From Candidatus Latescibacterota bacterium (GTDB taxonomy: Bacteria > Latescibacterota > UBA2968 > GCA-2709665), in NCBI GenBank assembly GCA_965198095.1, contig OZ240239.1, positions 1,785,869 to 1,849,868 of the forward strand: 64,000 nt of DNA, written 5' to 3'. A program made the translations under genes and the position numbers. A model generated the notes under the pieces. It made no database searches. It was not told the DNA's origin and saw only the letters and a list, made by a program, of their open reading frames with translations. Of this stretch, positions 1 through 8,665 are shown piece by piece. The number at the start of each line of letters is the position of its first letter. Positions within the stretch are counted from its first letter, which is position 1.

Positions 1-68
1 TCTTTAGTTCACGGCATGTGAACAGAAAAACAGTGCATTTTAGCTGAGGTAATTCCACATTTCTCAGG

Positions 69-816
69 CTATGAAGGCAGGTCAGGCCTAGTGGATCTGT
101 GGCCTTTTCCGCCAAAGAAGGCCTGATAGATGAAGTCTCGCTCCGGGACCGCGCGACGCTCGAACTGTTCGAACAGCGCGCGATCATCGTAGGGTACGCG
201 ACACATTTTCAGCTTGTAGCGGTTTTTTTCGGCACGTAAGAATGGCAAATCGTGCGATCGGCTCCGTATGGCAACCCAGGGATCCTGGATTGACGTATCT
301 GGCCCGTCCCGCCAAGTCTGACGATGAATGGTCGTGACCATAGAATACGATGTCCGATTTCAGACCTGCGAAGAGTTCATCCAAATCAGACGGGTCGGGA
401 TCCTCGATGGCGGGCACGAAGCCCCTTTGGGACTCGCGAAGCCCGTAGTGGACGAATGAAATGCGAACGCCCTCACATACCTCTTGAATCAGATAAGGCC
501 ATGCTCCGACCACAGTTCGCAGCGACGGATCAAGACAGGAATGAACCCAGCGCTGGTGCGCCAATTCACCGTCGCTCATCCACGAAGGTCGAGGGTCCGG
601 AAGCCCGAACGAGAACCAGGCGTCGTGATTGCCCATAACCGGACGCACGCGAGGCGTGTTCAGGAGCAGGTCCAGGCATTCCGCCGGACAGGGACCGATG
701 CCGATGGCATCGCCGGTATGGAAAATCGCGTCACAACCCTCTCGCTGAAGGGCTGCAAGCGCGACTTGAAGGGCCGGCAAGTTGCCGTGCGCGTCGGTCA
801 GAACCGCGATTCTCAC
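69..816 (-). pseudogene. Metallophosphoesterase (calcineurin-like, YfcE/MPP type) with the reading frame broken at a 7-nt homopolymer
   Basis: ORF 184..816 carries the MPP motifs (LTDAHGN, HTGDAIGIGP, MGNHD, FYGHDH). The expected C-terminal part (KLKMCRVPYDDRALFEQF...) continues in ORF 69..341 in another frame. The frames join at the T7 run 223..229. Removing one T gives ...ARFAILTCRKNRYKLKMCRVPYDD... Confidence 0.7.
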
Positions 817-904
817 GTTGTCTCGTCCCGATTTCCGCTGACGGGCCGCCGGTCCCGGATTTCAAGCGGGTTCTCCTGTCTTCGGACGACAAGGCCGCCG
901 GCGG

Positions 905-1693
905 CTATTTCCTCCTGGGTGTATACAGCATCAGCGTGCCGATCTGCCTGTATCCCACGGCGGGATACAGTTTGGCGCCCGTGTGGCTGGCGGTGAGGAC
1001 GGCCAACTCGGAGCCGCCGGCGCGATCGTCGCGCAGCATCCGCGCCATCATCGCGCGCGCGATCCCAAGACGGCGAAATTTCGGATTCACATACATGTTC
1101 GAGCACCAGGTCGCCTGCCCGACGTCGATGCTGCGAACCCAGCCGACCGGCTTGCCGTCGACCAGCGCAACGTATTGACGCAGGGGGGAATCTTTCGCGA
1201 AATGTTCGGGCAGGACCTGGCGCGACCGGGCTGTCTTATTCAATCGTTCGGCCAGATCCCGGGTCGCGACGCGCGCGATCTCCACAGGTGCGTCGAAGCG
1301 CGGAATCCGTCTCAACTCGTGTATCATCACCGCCTCTGTTGCCCCAAGTCGATAGTTCAGCCTCCTGAAACCAGTTCGCAACGGCTCGTCGGATTCACCA
1401 ATACCGTAAAGCGCACACACGGCGAATCGGCCACGCGTATGTCCGCGGGCCACCCGGTCGATCATCTCCGGCGTTGCTCCGTGTGCGATCCACTCCTCTC
1501 TGCGGTAGCTCCCCCGTCTTCGCGGTGCGTCACGGACCACCCAAATCTCCCCGACGCGCTCTGCCAGATAGGGATGTGTAAAGCTGCGCGTAAAACAGAA
1601 CCCACGTACGAACACCTCCATCGCACGTTGTAACGACCCGGTCTCCGTTCCCATATCCCCCTCCGGATCCGATGCCGGCACGGCCCGGTTCAC
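905..1693 (-). CDS. GNAT family N-acetyltransferase with an N-terminal domain of unknown function
   Basis: The C-terminal part reads NMYVNPKFRRLGIARAMMARML...AKLYPAVGYRQIG, a typical acetyl-CoA binding Q/RxxGxG/A GNAT core. Clean 262-aa ORF. Confidence 0.7.
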   Translation of the reverse strand: MNRAVPASDPEGDMGTETGSLQRAMEVFVRGFCFTRSFTHPYLAERVGEIWVVRDAPRRRGSYRREEWIAHGATPEMIDRVARGHTRGRFAVCALYGIGESDEPLRTGFRRLNYRLGATEAVMIHELRRIPRFDAPVEIARVATRDLAERLNKTARSRQVLPEHFAKDSPLRQYVALVDGKPVGWVRSIDVGQATWCSNMYVNPKFRRLGIARAMMARMLRDDRAGGSELAVLTASHTGAKLYPAVGYRQIGTLMLYTPRRK

Positions 1694-1712
1694 TCGAAGC
1701 CCAAGCGCGCGG

Positions 1713-2204
1713 TCATAAGACCTGACTGTCTCTCATTGGAATGCCCCTGGCCCCGGCGAACGCCTTGAGCGCGGAGATCATTCGAGGTTTGACGGTCTGG
1801 TTGTCGCGATAGGTTATGACGCTGAAATCGATCTTCTCACGCCTTCCTTGTTTTACCTGAATTTCCACGCTCATCAATTGGATCCGAATGCCCGAAATCG
1901 ATGCCCAAGGAATTTTGCGGTGTCTGAAGAGCCCTCTATGAATCCCCACGTTCTCGTCACGTAACGAAATGACGTATCGGTTGAGATGCTGCATGAGAGG
2001 ACCGGAAGGCAGGATAATGATACCTGAGGCCAGTTGTAAGCCGCCAAGAATGGTGTCTCCCCGTGAGATATTAATGAGCCCGCAAAAAATCTGCAAGACT
2101 GCGATAGTGACCCAAAGGATTCGAACTTGACGGATTACAGGTACCGTGATCGAATGTCCGTTCTTCCATCGTTTTGATCTCCTGCTTGATACGTCCGCTG
2201 ACAA
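1713..2204 (-). CDS. Membrane protein with two N-terminal TM helices and a bacterial PH-like (bPH_2/YdbS-like) C-domain, paralogue A
   Basis: Two hydrophobic segments (ILWVTIAVLQIFCGLI, LQLASGIIILP) are followed by GIHRGLFRHRKIPWASISGIRIQ...VEIQVKQGRREKI. Strongly similar to the adjacent ORF 2259..2717. Confidence 0.6.
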   Translation of the reverse strand: MSADVSSRRSKRWKNGHSITVPVIRQVRILWVTIAVLQIFCGLINISRGDTILGGLQLASGIIILPSGPLMQHLNRYVISLRDENVGIHRGLFRHRKIPWASISGIRIQLMSVEIQVKQGRREKIDFSVITYRDNQTVKPRMISALKAFAGARGIPMRDSQVL

Positions 2205-2258
2205 CTGGGTGTTCGACGACGCTTGCGTTGCCTACTTCATCTAAGCGCTGGCCCGCGG

Positions 2259-2717
2259 TCATAAGGCCTGACTGTCTCTCACTGAAACCCCCTCAGCATC
2301 GACGAACGGACTGAATTCAGAGATCATTCTGTGTCTTACAGTCTGGTTTGCACCAAAACTCATTTCGCCGAAGGTGATCTTCTCACGCTTTCCTTGTTTT
2401 ACCTGAATTTCCACGCTCGTTGATCCGATTTGAATTTCTGAAATCGACGCCCAATCTATTCTGCGATGCCTGAAGATCCCTCTGCTAATTTCCAGACCGT
2501 CATCGTGAAACGCGATGATGTGCTTGTTCAGTTGCCTGGAAAAGAAACACCAAGACAAGATCACCACACCAAGTACCAGATACAAGCCACTCGAAAGACC
2601 GTGTCCCCGGCTCATAAACAGGATTCCGCCAACAATCTGGGCGACGCCAACGATGCCCAGAATGATTTGAACGTTACGGGGTGCAGTTACCGTGAGATCG
2701 AATGTCCGTTCTCCCAT
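2259..2717 (-). CDS. Membrane protein with two TM helices and a bacterial PH-like C-domain, paralogue B
   Basis: Same architecture as 1713..2204 (EISRGIFRHRRIDWASISEIQIGSTSVEIQVKQGKREKI). The 3' halves are near-identical at nucleotide level. Confidence 0.6.
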   Translation of the reverse strand: MGERTFDLTVTAPRNVQIILGIVGVAQIVGGILFMSRGHGLSSGLYLVLGVVILSWCFFSRQLNKHIIAFHDDGLEISRGIFRHRRIDWASISEIQIGSTSVEIQVKQGKREKITFGEMSFGANQTVRHRMISEFSPFVDAEGVSVRDSQAL

Positions 2718-2991
2718 CGTTTTGATCTCCTTCCTGATGTGCCCGGGAGATATCCGGCTCGGTTCGGGCAGACCCGGGTCCCAGTCTTTCCGCGATCCAA
2801 ACCTTGATGATCGACTGTCGCGTGACGCCCAGTCGCTTGGCTTCCTTATCCAGGGAATGGATCATCCAGATTGGAAAATCTACATTTACCCTTCTCCGCT
2901 CCTGGGCGGGCCTCCTCGCCTGCTCGAGATCCAGGGATTCGGTGATGATTTCTCCCTCATCAAACTTTCGATCCAGCTCTCTAGCTTTCAT
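2674..2991 (-). CDS. brnA: BrnA-type antitoxin (CopG/RHH family)
   Basis: MKARELDRKFDEGEIITESLDLEQARRP...VNVDFPIWMIHSLDKEAKRLGVTRQSIIKVWIAERL is a typical BrnA layout. ATG at 2989..2991 overlaps the brnT stop by 11 nt. The upstream part of ORF 2674..3087 is not used. Confidence 0.8.
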   Translation of the reverse strand: MKARELDRKFDEGEIITESLDLEQARRPAQERRRVNVDFPIWMIHSLDKEAKRLGVTRQSIIKVWIAERLGPGSARTEPDISRAHQEGDQNDGRTDIRSHGNCTP

Positions 2992-3250
2992 GGATTTCGA
3001 TCTCCTCCTTCCGGGAGCGGCGGACGGAAACGATCCGGATTTTCCTCTCGCGAAAAGTGACGATACCGGACCAGTAGCTTTTCTCAATCCTTCCGATCAC
3101 CAGAAATCTGGGTTCATCTTCGGTACGGGCCGGAATCTCAACAAAGTCGGGATCTTCCCAAAGGCGTTGGGCTTCGGCGAAGTCGATCCCGTGTTTCCTT
3201 CTATTTCTCTTACGCTTGCGTTCGTCGAACTCAAATGCTGGAGATGGCAT
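2981..3250 (-). CDS. brnT: BrnT-type toxin (DUF497 ribonuclease toxin)
   Basis: FEFDERKRKRNRRKHGIDFAEAQRLWEDP...RFLVIGRIEKSYWSGIVTFRERKIRIVSVRRSRKEE matches the BrnT pattern (FEWDxxKxxxNxxKHGxxFxEA...IRIISxR). Toxin-first order, overlapping the antitoxin. Confidence 0.85.
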   Translation of the reverse strand: MPSPAFEFDERKRKRNRRKHGIDFAEAQRLWEDPDFVEIPARTEDEPRFLVIGRIEKSYWSGIVTFRERKIRIVSVRRSRKEEIEIHES

Positions 3251-3334
3251 CGGTTGTTATTTATAGCGTAATCAATATATTATAAAATATTATAAAAATC
3301 ATGTCGAGAGAAATCCCAACTCGAAGGGCTATTT

Positions 3335-3353
3335 AGGTATATAAAGTATACCT
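3335..3353. promoter_or_regulatory. Inverted repeat AGGTATA-N5-TATACCT in the AT-rich brnTA upstream region (candidate antitoxin operator)
   Basis: Perfect 7-bp arms about 85-100 bp upstream of the brnT start. Neighbouring direct repeats TATTATAAAA x2 and TATAAT-like hexamers lie in 3262..3300. Confidence 0.35.
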
Positions 3354-3843
3354 TTTTTATACATATTTTGCAACGTAAATTGTATGGACGTTTCCGGGCA
3401 CCGCGGGACGCGGCGCCTTTGGCGTGGAATCAGGGCATGGTTTCGTGTTGTATCTTGAGTTTCGACCTTCGTCTCGTAGTTTGCAGGGTCAACCACAGTA
3501 TGCCGGGGAGGCCGTTTTCCGTGAGAGGCACTCACGTCGGACGTTAGGTAGGCGCCCCACCTCGGCCGTTCATACCGAGGAAAACCCGAGACCAATCGAG
3601 TCTGTATTTTCACGTTCGGCAGGGACGGACAAAGGTGGGAGACCGGCGCGATCAATATATCGCGGGAGGTCATCATGCACAAGGCAGGGGTACGACGTGA
3701 GTGCGGCCACGCTGGATGTCGTTGCAATGTGACCGTGGGCAGCGGGTTCCCCTATCTTCGGACGGGTCCCGACAGACAGGGGTTGTTTGTGCGGGCCTTG
3801 GTGTTTCCGCTATGCAGAAAGAGTAGATAGGAGGCCTTTTGAA

Positions 3844-4761
3844 ATGGATACCGGATTCATCCATGGGATTATCCCTGCTATGATTACCCCGATGACCGAG
3901 GATGAAGCGCTGGACGAAGGCGGGGTTGAGCGGCTGTTGGATCACCTGATCGACCAGGGTGTGCACGGGGTTTTCACGGGGGGGACGGCCGGGGAGTCCT
4001 GGGCGCTGACGGTAGAGGAGAAGCAAAAGCTCTACAAGTGGACGGTCAAGTACACGAACGGACGGGTGCCCGTTTATGTGGGAACTTCGGCCAATACCAC
4101 CCGGGAGGCCGTCCTGCTGGCTGAATGCGCGCAGGAGGCGGGAGCGGATTGCCTGTCGGTGTTGACGCCTTATTTCATCACGCCGGATGAGGAGGAGACG
4201 TTCGCACACTACGGAGCAATTGCCGGGGCCGTGGATTTGCCGGTTCTGCTCTACAACCTGCCCGCTCGAACGGGCAATCGCCTTTCGGCGGACCTTGTGA
4301 TGCGGCTTGCCGGGGCTTTCGAGAATATTGTGGGGATCAAAGACAGTTCCGGAGATTTCACGCAAACGCTTGAATACCTGCGGCGCGCGCCGGAAGGGTT
4401 CCGGGTGATTATGGGTCGGGATACGCTGATTTACGCGGCCCTGGTGCACGGAGCGGCCGGGGCGATTGCGGCCAGCGGAAACGTGGCGCCTGAGCTGGGC
4501 GTGGCGATATACGAAAGCCATGCAAAGGGAGACCTGGAGGCGGCGCTGGATTTTCAACAGCGTCTCTCGCCCTTGCGCCAGGCATTTGCTCTGGGAACAC
4601 ATCCGGCCATGCTCAAGGCGGGGGCGGAGCTGATGGGGCTGCCCGGAGGGCCTCCGCGCCGGCCTGTGAGCCGGCTGTCGGAGGCAGACCGCCGGAAGTT
4701 GCAGGAGGTGCTCGTCGAGATCGGCTGCCTGCGGGAGGCGATGGTCGGCAGGGTTCCCTGA
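3844..4761 (+). CDS. dapA: 4-hydroxy-tetrahydrodipicolinate synthase family lyase (DapA/NAL superfamily)
   Basis: GIIPAMITPMTEDEALDE...GVHGVFTGGTAGESWALT...VYVGT...LLYNLPARTG...IVGIKDSSGD (Schiff-base Lys context). ATG 3844 is preceded by AGGAGG. The ORF-track N-terminal extension from 3787 is rejected. Confidence 0.8.
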   Translation: MDTGFIHGIIPAMITPMTEDEALDEGGVERLLDHLIDQGVHGVFTGGTAGESWALTVEEKQKLYKWTVKYTNGRVPVYVGTSANTTREAVLLAECAQEAGADCLSVLTPYFITPDEEETFAHYGAIAGAVDLPVLLYNLPARTGNRLSADLVMRLAGAFENIVGIKDSSGDFTQTLEYLRRAPEGFRVIMGRDTLIYAALVHGAAGAIAASGNVAPELGVAIYESHAKGDLEAALDFQQRLSPLRQAFALGTHPAMLKAGAELMGLPGGPPRRPVSRLSEADRRKLQEVLVEIGCLREAMVGRVP

Positions 4762-5149
4762 GCCTGGGAGAGAAAGGGTTTGTTCTTCGACCGGGTCAAT
4801 CACGACATCCTGACGGGTCTGGTGGCGAAGCGGGTGGACGCGCATCCAAGCGACGCATTGCGCCGCAGGCGGTGGCGGAGGAACGTGATCGATCAAGAGA
4901 AGGATCAAGGCGCCTGCCACGAGCCCAATATCTGGTACCTTCATCAGACAGCATCTTAGCGACCGAGTCCAAGGCCTGCACTTCACGTCACACGTCCGTG
5001 CCCGCCTTCGTGGTCTGGCGCGGCTGTGGCATCGACGACAGAGGGTGATCCCACCGACAGCGTTACCACGTCGACGTCATCCCTGACAACGCAATCGTGA
5101 GTGACCGTCCTCCGCCTTGCGCGAGCCGGACTCGGAGAGTTCCAGACAG

Positions 5150-5725
5150 ATGACTTTGGACAACTTTGCGGGCCACAGTGTTCACTTGAAAACTGCACGC
5201 TTGAGGCTTCGGCCGTTTGAAGAGGCCGACTTTGATACGGCCGTGCCTTTTTACCGCGATCCCGATTTTCTAAATGCCATGGAAGGGGCGCCCCCTGAAG
5301 AACCCATGACAAGCGACGCCCTCAAACGGGCGGGCAAGGCGATGGTAAAACAGGGACTCCTGTTTGCGATCGTCGAAAAGGCGAGCGGGCGAACGATTGG
5401 CGAGGTCTGTTTACAGCGGATGAATTTGGAACGCGCGAAAATCGAGGGCGAGAAAGTGATGCGCTTACCGATCGGTATCTGGGACAGGTCCCTGTGGGGC
5501 CGGGGCTACGGAAAGGAAGCCGTGCGCTGCCTGATGGCGTACGCGTTCGAGGAATTGGGCGCTGACCGGCTCTGCCCGGTCGATGTCTCTGCCGGCAATG
5601 CGCGCTCAAAAGCGCTGTGGCGGTCGTGCGGACTGAGGGTCTCGAGGAAGGTGGATGGCGGGAAGACGCTGGACTTTGAGATCACAAGAGCGGAATATGC
5701 GCGGACTGGCCAAAGCCTCGCTTGA
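5150..5725 (+). CDS. GNAT N-acetyltransferase, RimJ/RimL-like (Acetyltransf_3)
   Basis: LKTARLRLRPFEEADFD...GIWDRSLWGRGYGKEAVRCLMAYAFEELGADRL...NARSKALWRSCGL. The start at MTLDNF is chosen over 5117. Confidence 0.7.
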   Translation: MTLDNFAGHSVHLKTARLRLRPFEEADFDTAVPFYRDPDFLNAMEGAPPEEPMTSDALKRAGKAMVKQGLLFAIVEKASGRTIGEVCLQRMNLERAKIEGEKVMRLPIGIWDRSLWGRGYGKEAVRCLMAYAFEELGADRLCPVDVSAGNARSKALWRSCGLRVSRKVDGGKTLDFEITRAEYARTGQSLA

Positions 5726-5875
5726 AAAGCGTCGAGAACCCATCCTTCCGGACTTGCGCACGTTCCGACTGGAACGTACCGTCGATACCGGGGATCGTCC
5801 GTCTCGCGCCGCACGTACGTGATACGGGTGAAGCACTGAGCAAGGCGCATCTTGGCTGCGTCTCGGAGGGCAAGC

Positions 5876-6796
5876 ATGAAAAGACTCACGCCGGCGGCAT
5901 TTCAGAGCGCGAAGACCTTCGTCCTGGATCAGGGGAGGGAACTGGACAGAAGGCGTTTTGAGTTTCACTTTGAAGCCGGGTCTGCCGATGCCGTCGTGGC
6001 CGCGCTGGCATCCTACCAGAACGACGACGGCGGTTTCGGCCACGGCCTGGAACCGGATGTCCGGACACCGGTTTCGTCTGCGATTGCGACCACGGTAGGC
6101 TTTCAGCTTCTCAGGGAAGTTCGGGCATCTGAGGACCGGGCGATCGTGCGGAAGGGAATCGGGTACTTTGTCGCCACGTACGACGAGTCCCGGCAGGCCT
6201 GGCCAATCGTCCCCCCGGAAGTGGATGACGCGCCCCGCGCACCCTGGTGGAATTACGGGAAAAGCGAGGAGGCCTTTGGCCGGTTTCGGGTCAACCCGCG
6301 CGCCGAGGTCGTTGGCTATTTGCACGACTACAGCGACGGCGTGCCAACGGAATTGCTGGAGACGACAACCGCCGCCGTTCTGGAACATCTGGACTCCCTG
6401 CCCGACGAGATGGAGATGCACGACATCCTCTGTTTGATCCGCCTCGCCGAGACCGAAGCGCTGCCGGACAGGGCTCGGGTCTGGGAGAAACTGGCCCGGG
6501 CGGCGGCGCGGGGCGTCGCCCGGGATAGAGCGCAGTTGGCCGGCTATGCGCTCAAGCCCCTGTCTCTGGTTTCCGCTCCGGAATCGCCTCTGGCCGCCGG
6601 GCTCGGCGACGAAGTGGAGATGAACCTGGACTTTGAGATCGAGCAGCAGGGCGAGGACGGCTCCTGGTCCCCGAATTTCTCGTGGGGAGATCCCGATTCG
6701 GAGGCGTGGCGGACGGCCGAGAAGGAATGGCAAGCCAGGCTCACGGTCGATACATTGAAGGCGCTGAGAGATTTCGGTCGCATCGAAACCGTCTGA
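5876..6796 (+). CDS. Uncharacterised protein with prenyltransferase/squalene-oxidase-like repeats (alpha/alpha toroid fold inferred)
   Basis: Motifs YQNDDGGFGHGLEPD and EQQGEDGSWSPNFSWG resemble terpene-cyclase/prenyltransferase repeat signatures. No TM segments or signal peptide seen. Confidence 0.5.
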   Translation: MKRLTPAAFQSAKTFVLDQGRELDRRRFEFHFEAGSADAVVAALASYQNDDGGFGHGLEPDVRTPVSSAIATTVGFQLLREVRASEDRAIVRKGIGYFVATYDESRQAWPIVPPEVDDAPRAPWWNYGKSEEAFGRFRVNPRAEVVGYLHDYSDGVPTELLETTTAAVLEHLDSLPDEMEMHDILCLIRLAETEALPDRARVWEKLARAAARGVARDRAQLAGYALKPLSLVSAPESPLAAGLGDEVEMNLDFEIEQQGEDGSWSPNFSWGDPDSEAWRTAEKEWQARLTVDTLKALRDFGRIETV

Positions 6797-6889
6797 GTCG
6801 GCCCGCGGTTCGGGAACGCCGAACCGTTGGCGGAAGGAAGGGACGACGGATTCCGTTCAATGGATGAGACGCACGGAGGGGGCACGGCA

Positions 6890-7438
6890 ATGCTGCCGGA
6901 ACGGATCGAGACGGACCGATTGAAACTCAGGCTGTATCGCCTGGAGGATGTTGAAGATATTCTGTTGTTCGCGTCCGATCCGGAATGGGCGCGCTACCTT
7001 GCGGTTCCCCAACCGTACACGAAATCGGACGCCGAGACGTTTGTGGCAGGTCAGCTGTTGCGGGACCGCAAAACAGAGCCATCCTGGGCGATCGAACACG
7101 CTGGATCCGTCATTGGCGGAATCAATATCGGGTTTGATGCTGATCATCGCGTTGGCGAAATTGGCTTCAGCATTGCCCGGAGTTTGTGGGGAAAGGGTTT
7201 GACTACGGAAGCCGCGGGTGCGGTGATAAACGAAGCGTTTTCCGTCTATTCAGACTTGAACCGCGTTCACGCACCGGCCGATGAGAGAAACGTCGGGTCC
7301 CTCCGGGTGATGGAAAAGCTGGGCATGCGCCGTGAAGGTGTCATGCGGCAGAATAGATATGTGAGAGGGGAATTTATAAACACTGCGTGGTGCGGCATAT
7401 TGCGTGATGAATGGAAGGTTTGTAAAAAAGGCAGATGA
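6890..7438 (+). CDS. GNAT N-acetyltransferase, RimJ/RimL-like
   Basis: MLPERIETDRLKLRLYRLEDVEDILLFASDPEWARY...SLWGKGLTTEAAGAVINEAF...NVGSLRVMEKLGMRREG. ATG 6890 follows GGAGGGGG. Confidence 0.75.
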   Translation: MLPERIETDRLKLRLYRLEDVEDILLFASDPEWARYLAVPQPYTKSDAETFVAGQLLRDRKTEPSWAIEHAGSVIGGINIGFDADHRVGEIGFSIARSLWGKGLTTEAAGAVINEAFSVYSDLNRVHAPADERNVGSLRVMEKLGMRREGVMRQNRYVRGEFINTAWCGILRDEWKVCKKGR

Positions 7439-7493
7439 AAGAGACGCCTCCTGGAAAGAGACCTTACGCCCCGGCGATGAAAGCGCTACAGAA

Positions 7494-8166
7494 ATGAGAA
7501 GCAGCCACGTAGACCTTTACAATCACGACGAGGACGCGGCCACGTATGATCAGGATGTGCTTCGGTCTGACGACCCCATCAGGGAGGGCTACGCCGAGGT
7601 CCTCGACTGGGTCGTGAAGGCCGCCGGTATCACCCCGCAATCGGCCGTTCTGGAATTGGGTTCAAGGGACCGGCAATCTGACCGTGCGGTTGCCAGCGTG
7701 CCGCTTACTCGTTTGTGTCGATGTCTCCAGGGAAATGAGCAAAATTGCGAAACAAAAGCTCCGTGGCATGTCCCACATCTCATTTTTGCAAGCCGATATC
7801 CTGGACTACTTCGGTGGCGATCCGCCCCCGTTCGATATCGCGTTGAGCACGTACGCCCTGCATCATCTCACGGAGGCGGAGAAGGAACACCTGTTTGACC
7901 AGCTCGCGGGACGACTCTTGCCGGGTGGCCGTGCGCTCTTCGGGGACCTGATGGTGAAAAGCGCAAAGGAAGAGCGGGTCCTGGCCGATCATTACCGCGC
8001 CATGGGTGACGACGCCACGGCGACGGCCATCGAAGAAGAGTTCCCCTGGCACGTCGACGCGTCAGTCAGCTACCTCGCCAGTCTGGGTCTCTCGGTAGAG
8101 ACGACCCGGTTGTCGAGTCTGTCCTGGGGAATCAAGGCCCAGCTGCCACAAGTCGCCGGCGTATGA
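7494..8166 (+). pseudogene. Class I SAM-dependent methyltransferase with a +1 frameshift inside motif I
   Basis: ORF 7404..7898 reads ...AVLELGS then goes out of frame. ORF 7684..8166 holds the rest (VCVDVSREMSKIAKQKL...DIALSTYALHHL...LLPGGRALFGD). Dropping one A at 7664/7665 restores VLELGSGTGNLTVRL, the canonical GxGxG SAM-binding motif. Confidence 0.75.
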
Positions 8167-8431
8167 CGGCACGGCTCGCGCTACAGTCGCGGAGCTTGCG
8201 CTGAGCCTGTCGAAGGACGGAATACTTCCACCGGAACCCATATCAATCCGGAGTAGCGTCAGCTGATTCCGCGTTCCACGAAACGCCTCCCCACGCACAC
8301 GACCGGGCCGGTCGCCACGGCCTCCCGGGGCCAATCGATGAGGGCCTTGACCGGCATTTGCCGGAATAAAATGCCAATGACCCTTGCCCTGATCCCAAAA
8401 TGCAGCGGTCTGCACGCGCGGGCAAATGGCG

Positions 8432-8460
8432 TTGACTTGCCCCTGTCGATCCCCTATATT
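8432..8460 (+). promoter_or_regulatory. Near-consensus sigma70-type promoter (TTGACT-17-TATATT)
   Basis: TTGACT at 8432..8437, 17-nt spacer, TATATT at 8455..8460. Lies in an otherwise non-coding 650-bp gap. Confidence 0.5.
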
Positions 8461-8488
8461 TGCCGTTACACGGAAAGGAGGTGGTCGA

Positions 8489-8524
8489 ATGAGCGATGAG
8501 ACCAGTGGAGGTGGCTGTAGTTAG
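8489..8524 (+). CDS. 10-codon ORF MSDETSGGGCS with a very strong Shine-Dalgarno (possible leader peptide or micro-protein)
   Basis: AAAGGAGGTG at 8474..8483 lies 5 nt before ATG 8489. TAG at 8522..8524. Sits about 20-30 nt downstream of the predicted promoter. Confidence 0.3.
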   Translation: MSDETSGGGCS

Positions 8525-8665
8525 ATGCGCTCGCCAGGAAGCGGGATCGCATCTCGTTTGGCAGCGCACCTGGCGAATCTAAACAGTCACCGAACGGCAC
8601 GCAATCCGTCCTTTTTGGCGGTCTTGGTTTTGGCGGACCGTGAGATGGATGCGGTCGAAAGATAT

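Noticed and set aside
8-24. Inverted repeat GTTCAC-ggcat-GTGAAC at the left edge as a terminator for the phosphoesterase gene.
   Set aside because: Only a 6-bp stem with no adjacent U-run in the transcribed orientation. Too weak to call, and it lies at the window edge.
3500-3780. Possible lysine (L-box) riboswitch upstream of dapA.
   Set aside because: Only loose resemblances are present (GAGAGGCAC versus AGAGGYGC, AAAGGUGGGAG versus AAAGGGGAG). The conserved GCCGAAG and CUGUCA core elements are absent, and I could not draw a consistent P1 helix.
4935-4960. Hammerhead-like CUGAUGA on the minus strand.
   Set aside because: No stem II hairpin followed by GAAA, and no compatible stems I and III.
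3673-4986. 437-aa minus-strand ORF overlapping dapA. Similar long antisense ORFs occur at 5606..6733, 10888..11841, 11927..12988, 14825..16018, 17308..18783, 22871..24223, 22993..24720, 25444..27057, 46825..49332, 50738..52714 and 52699..55821.
   Set aside because: All lie antisense or out of frame to genes with unmistakable conserved motifs. Their translations are Arg/Pro/Gly-rich low-complexity strings with no recognisable domains. These are typical shadow ORFs of GC-rich DNA.
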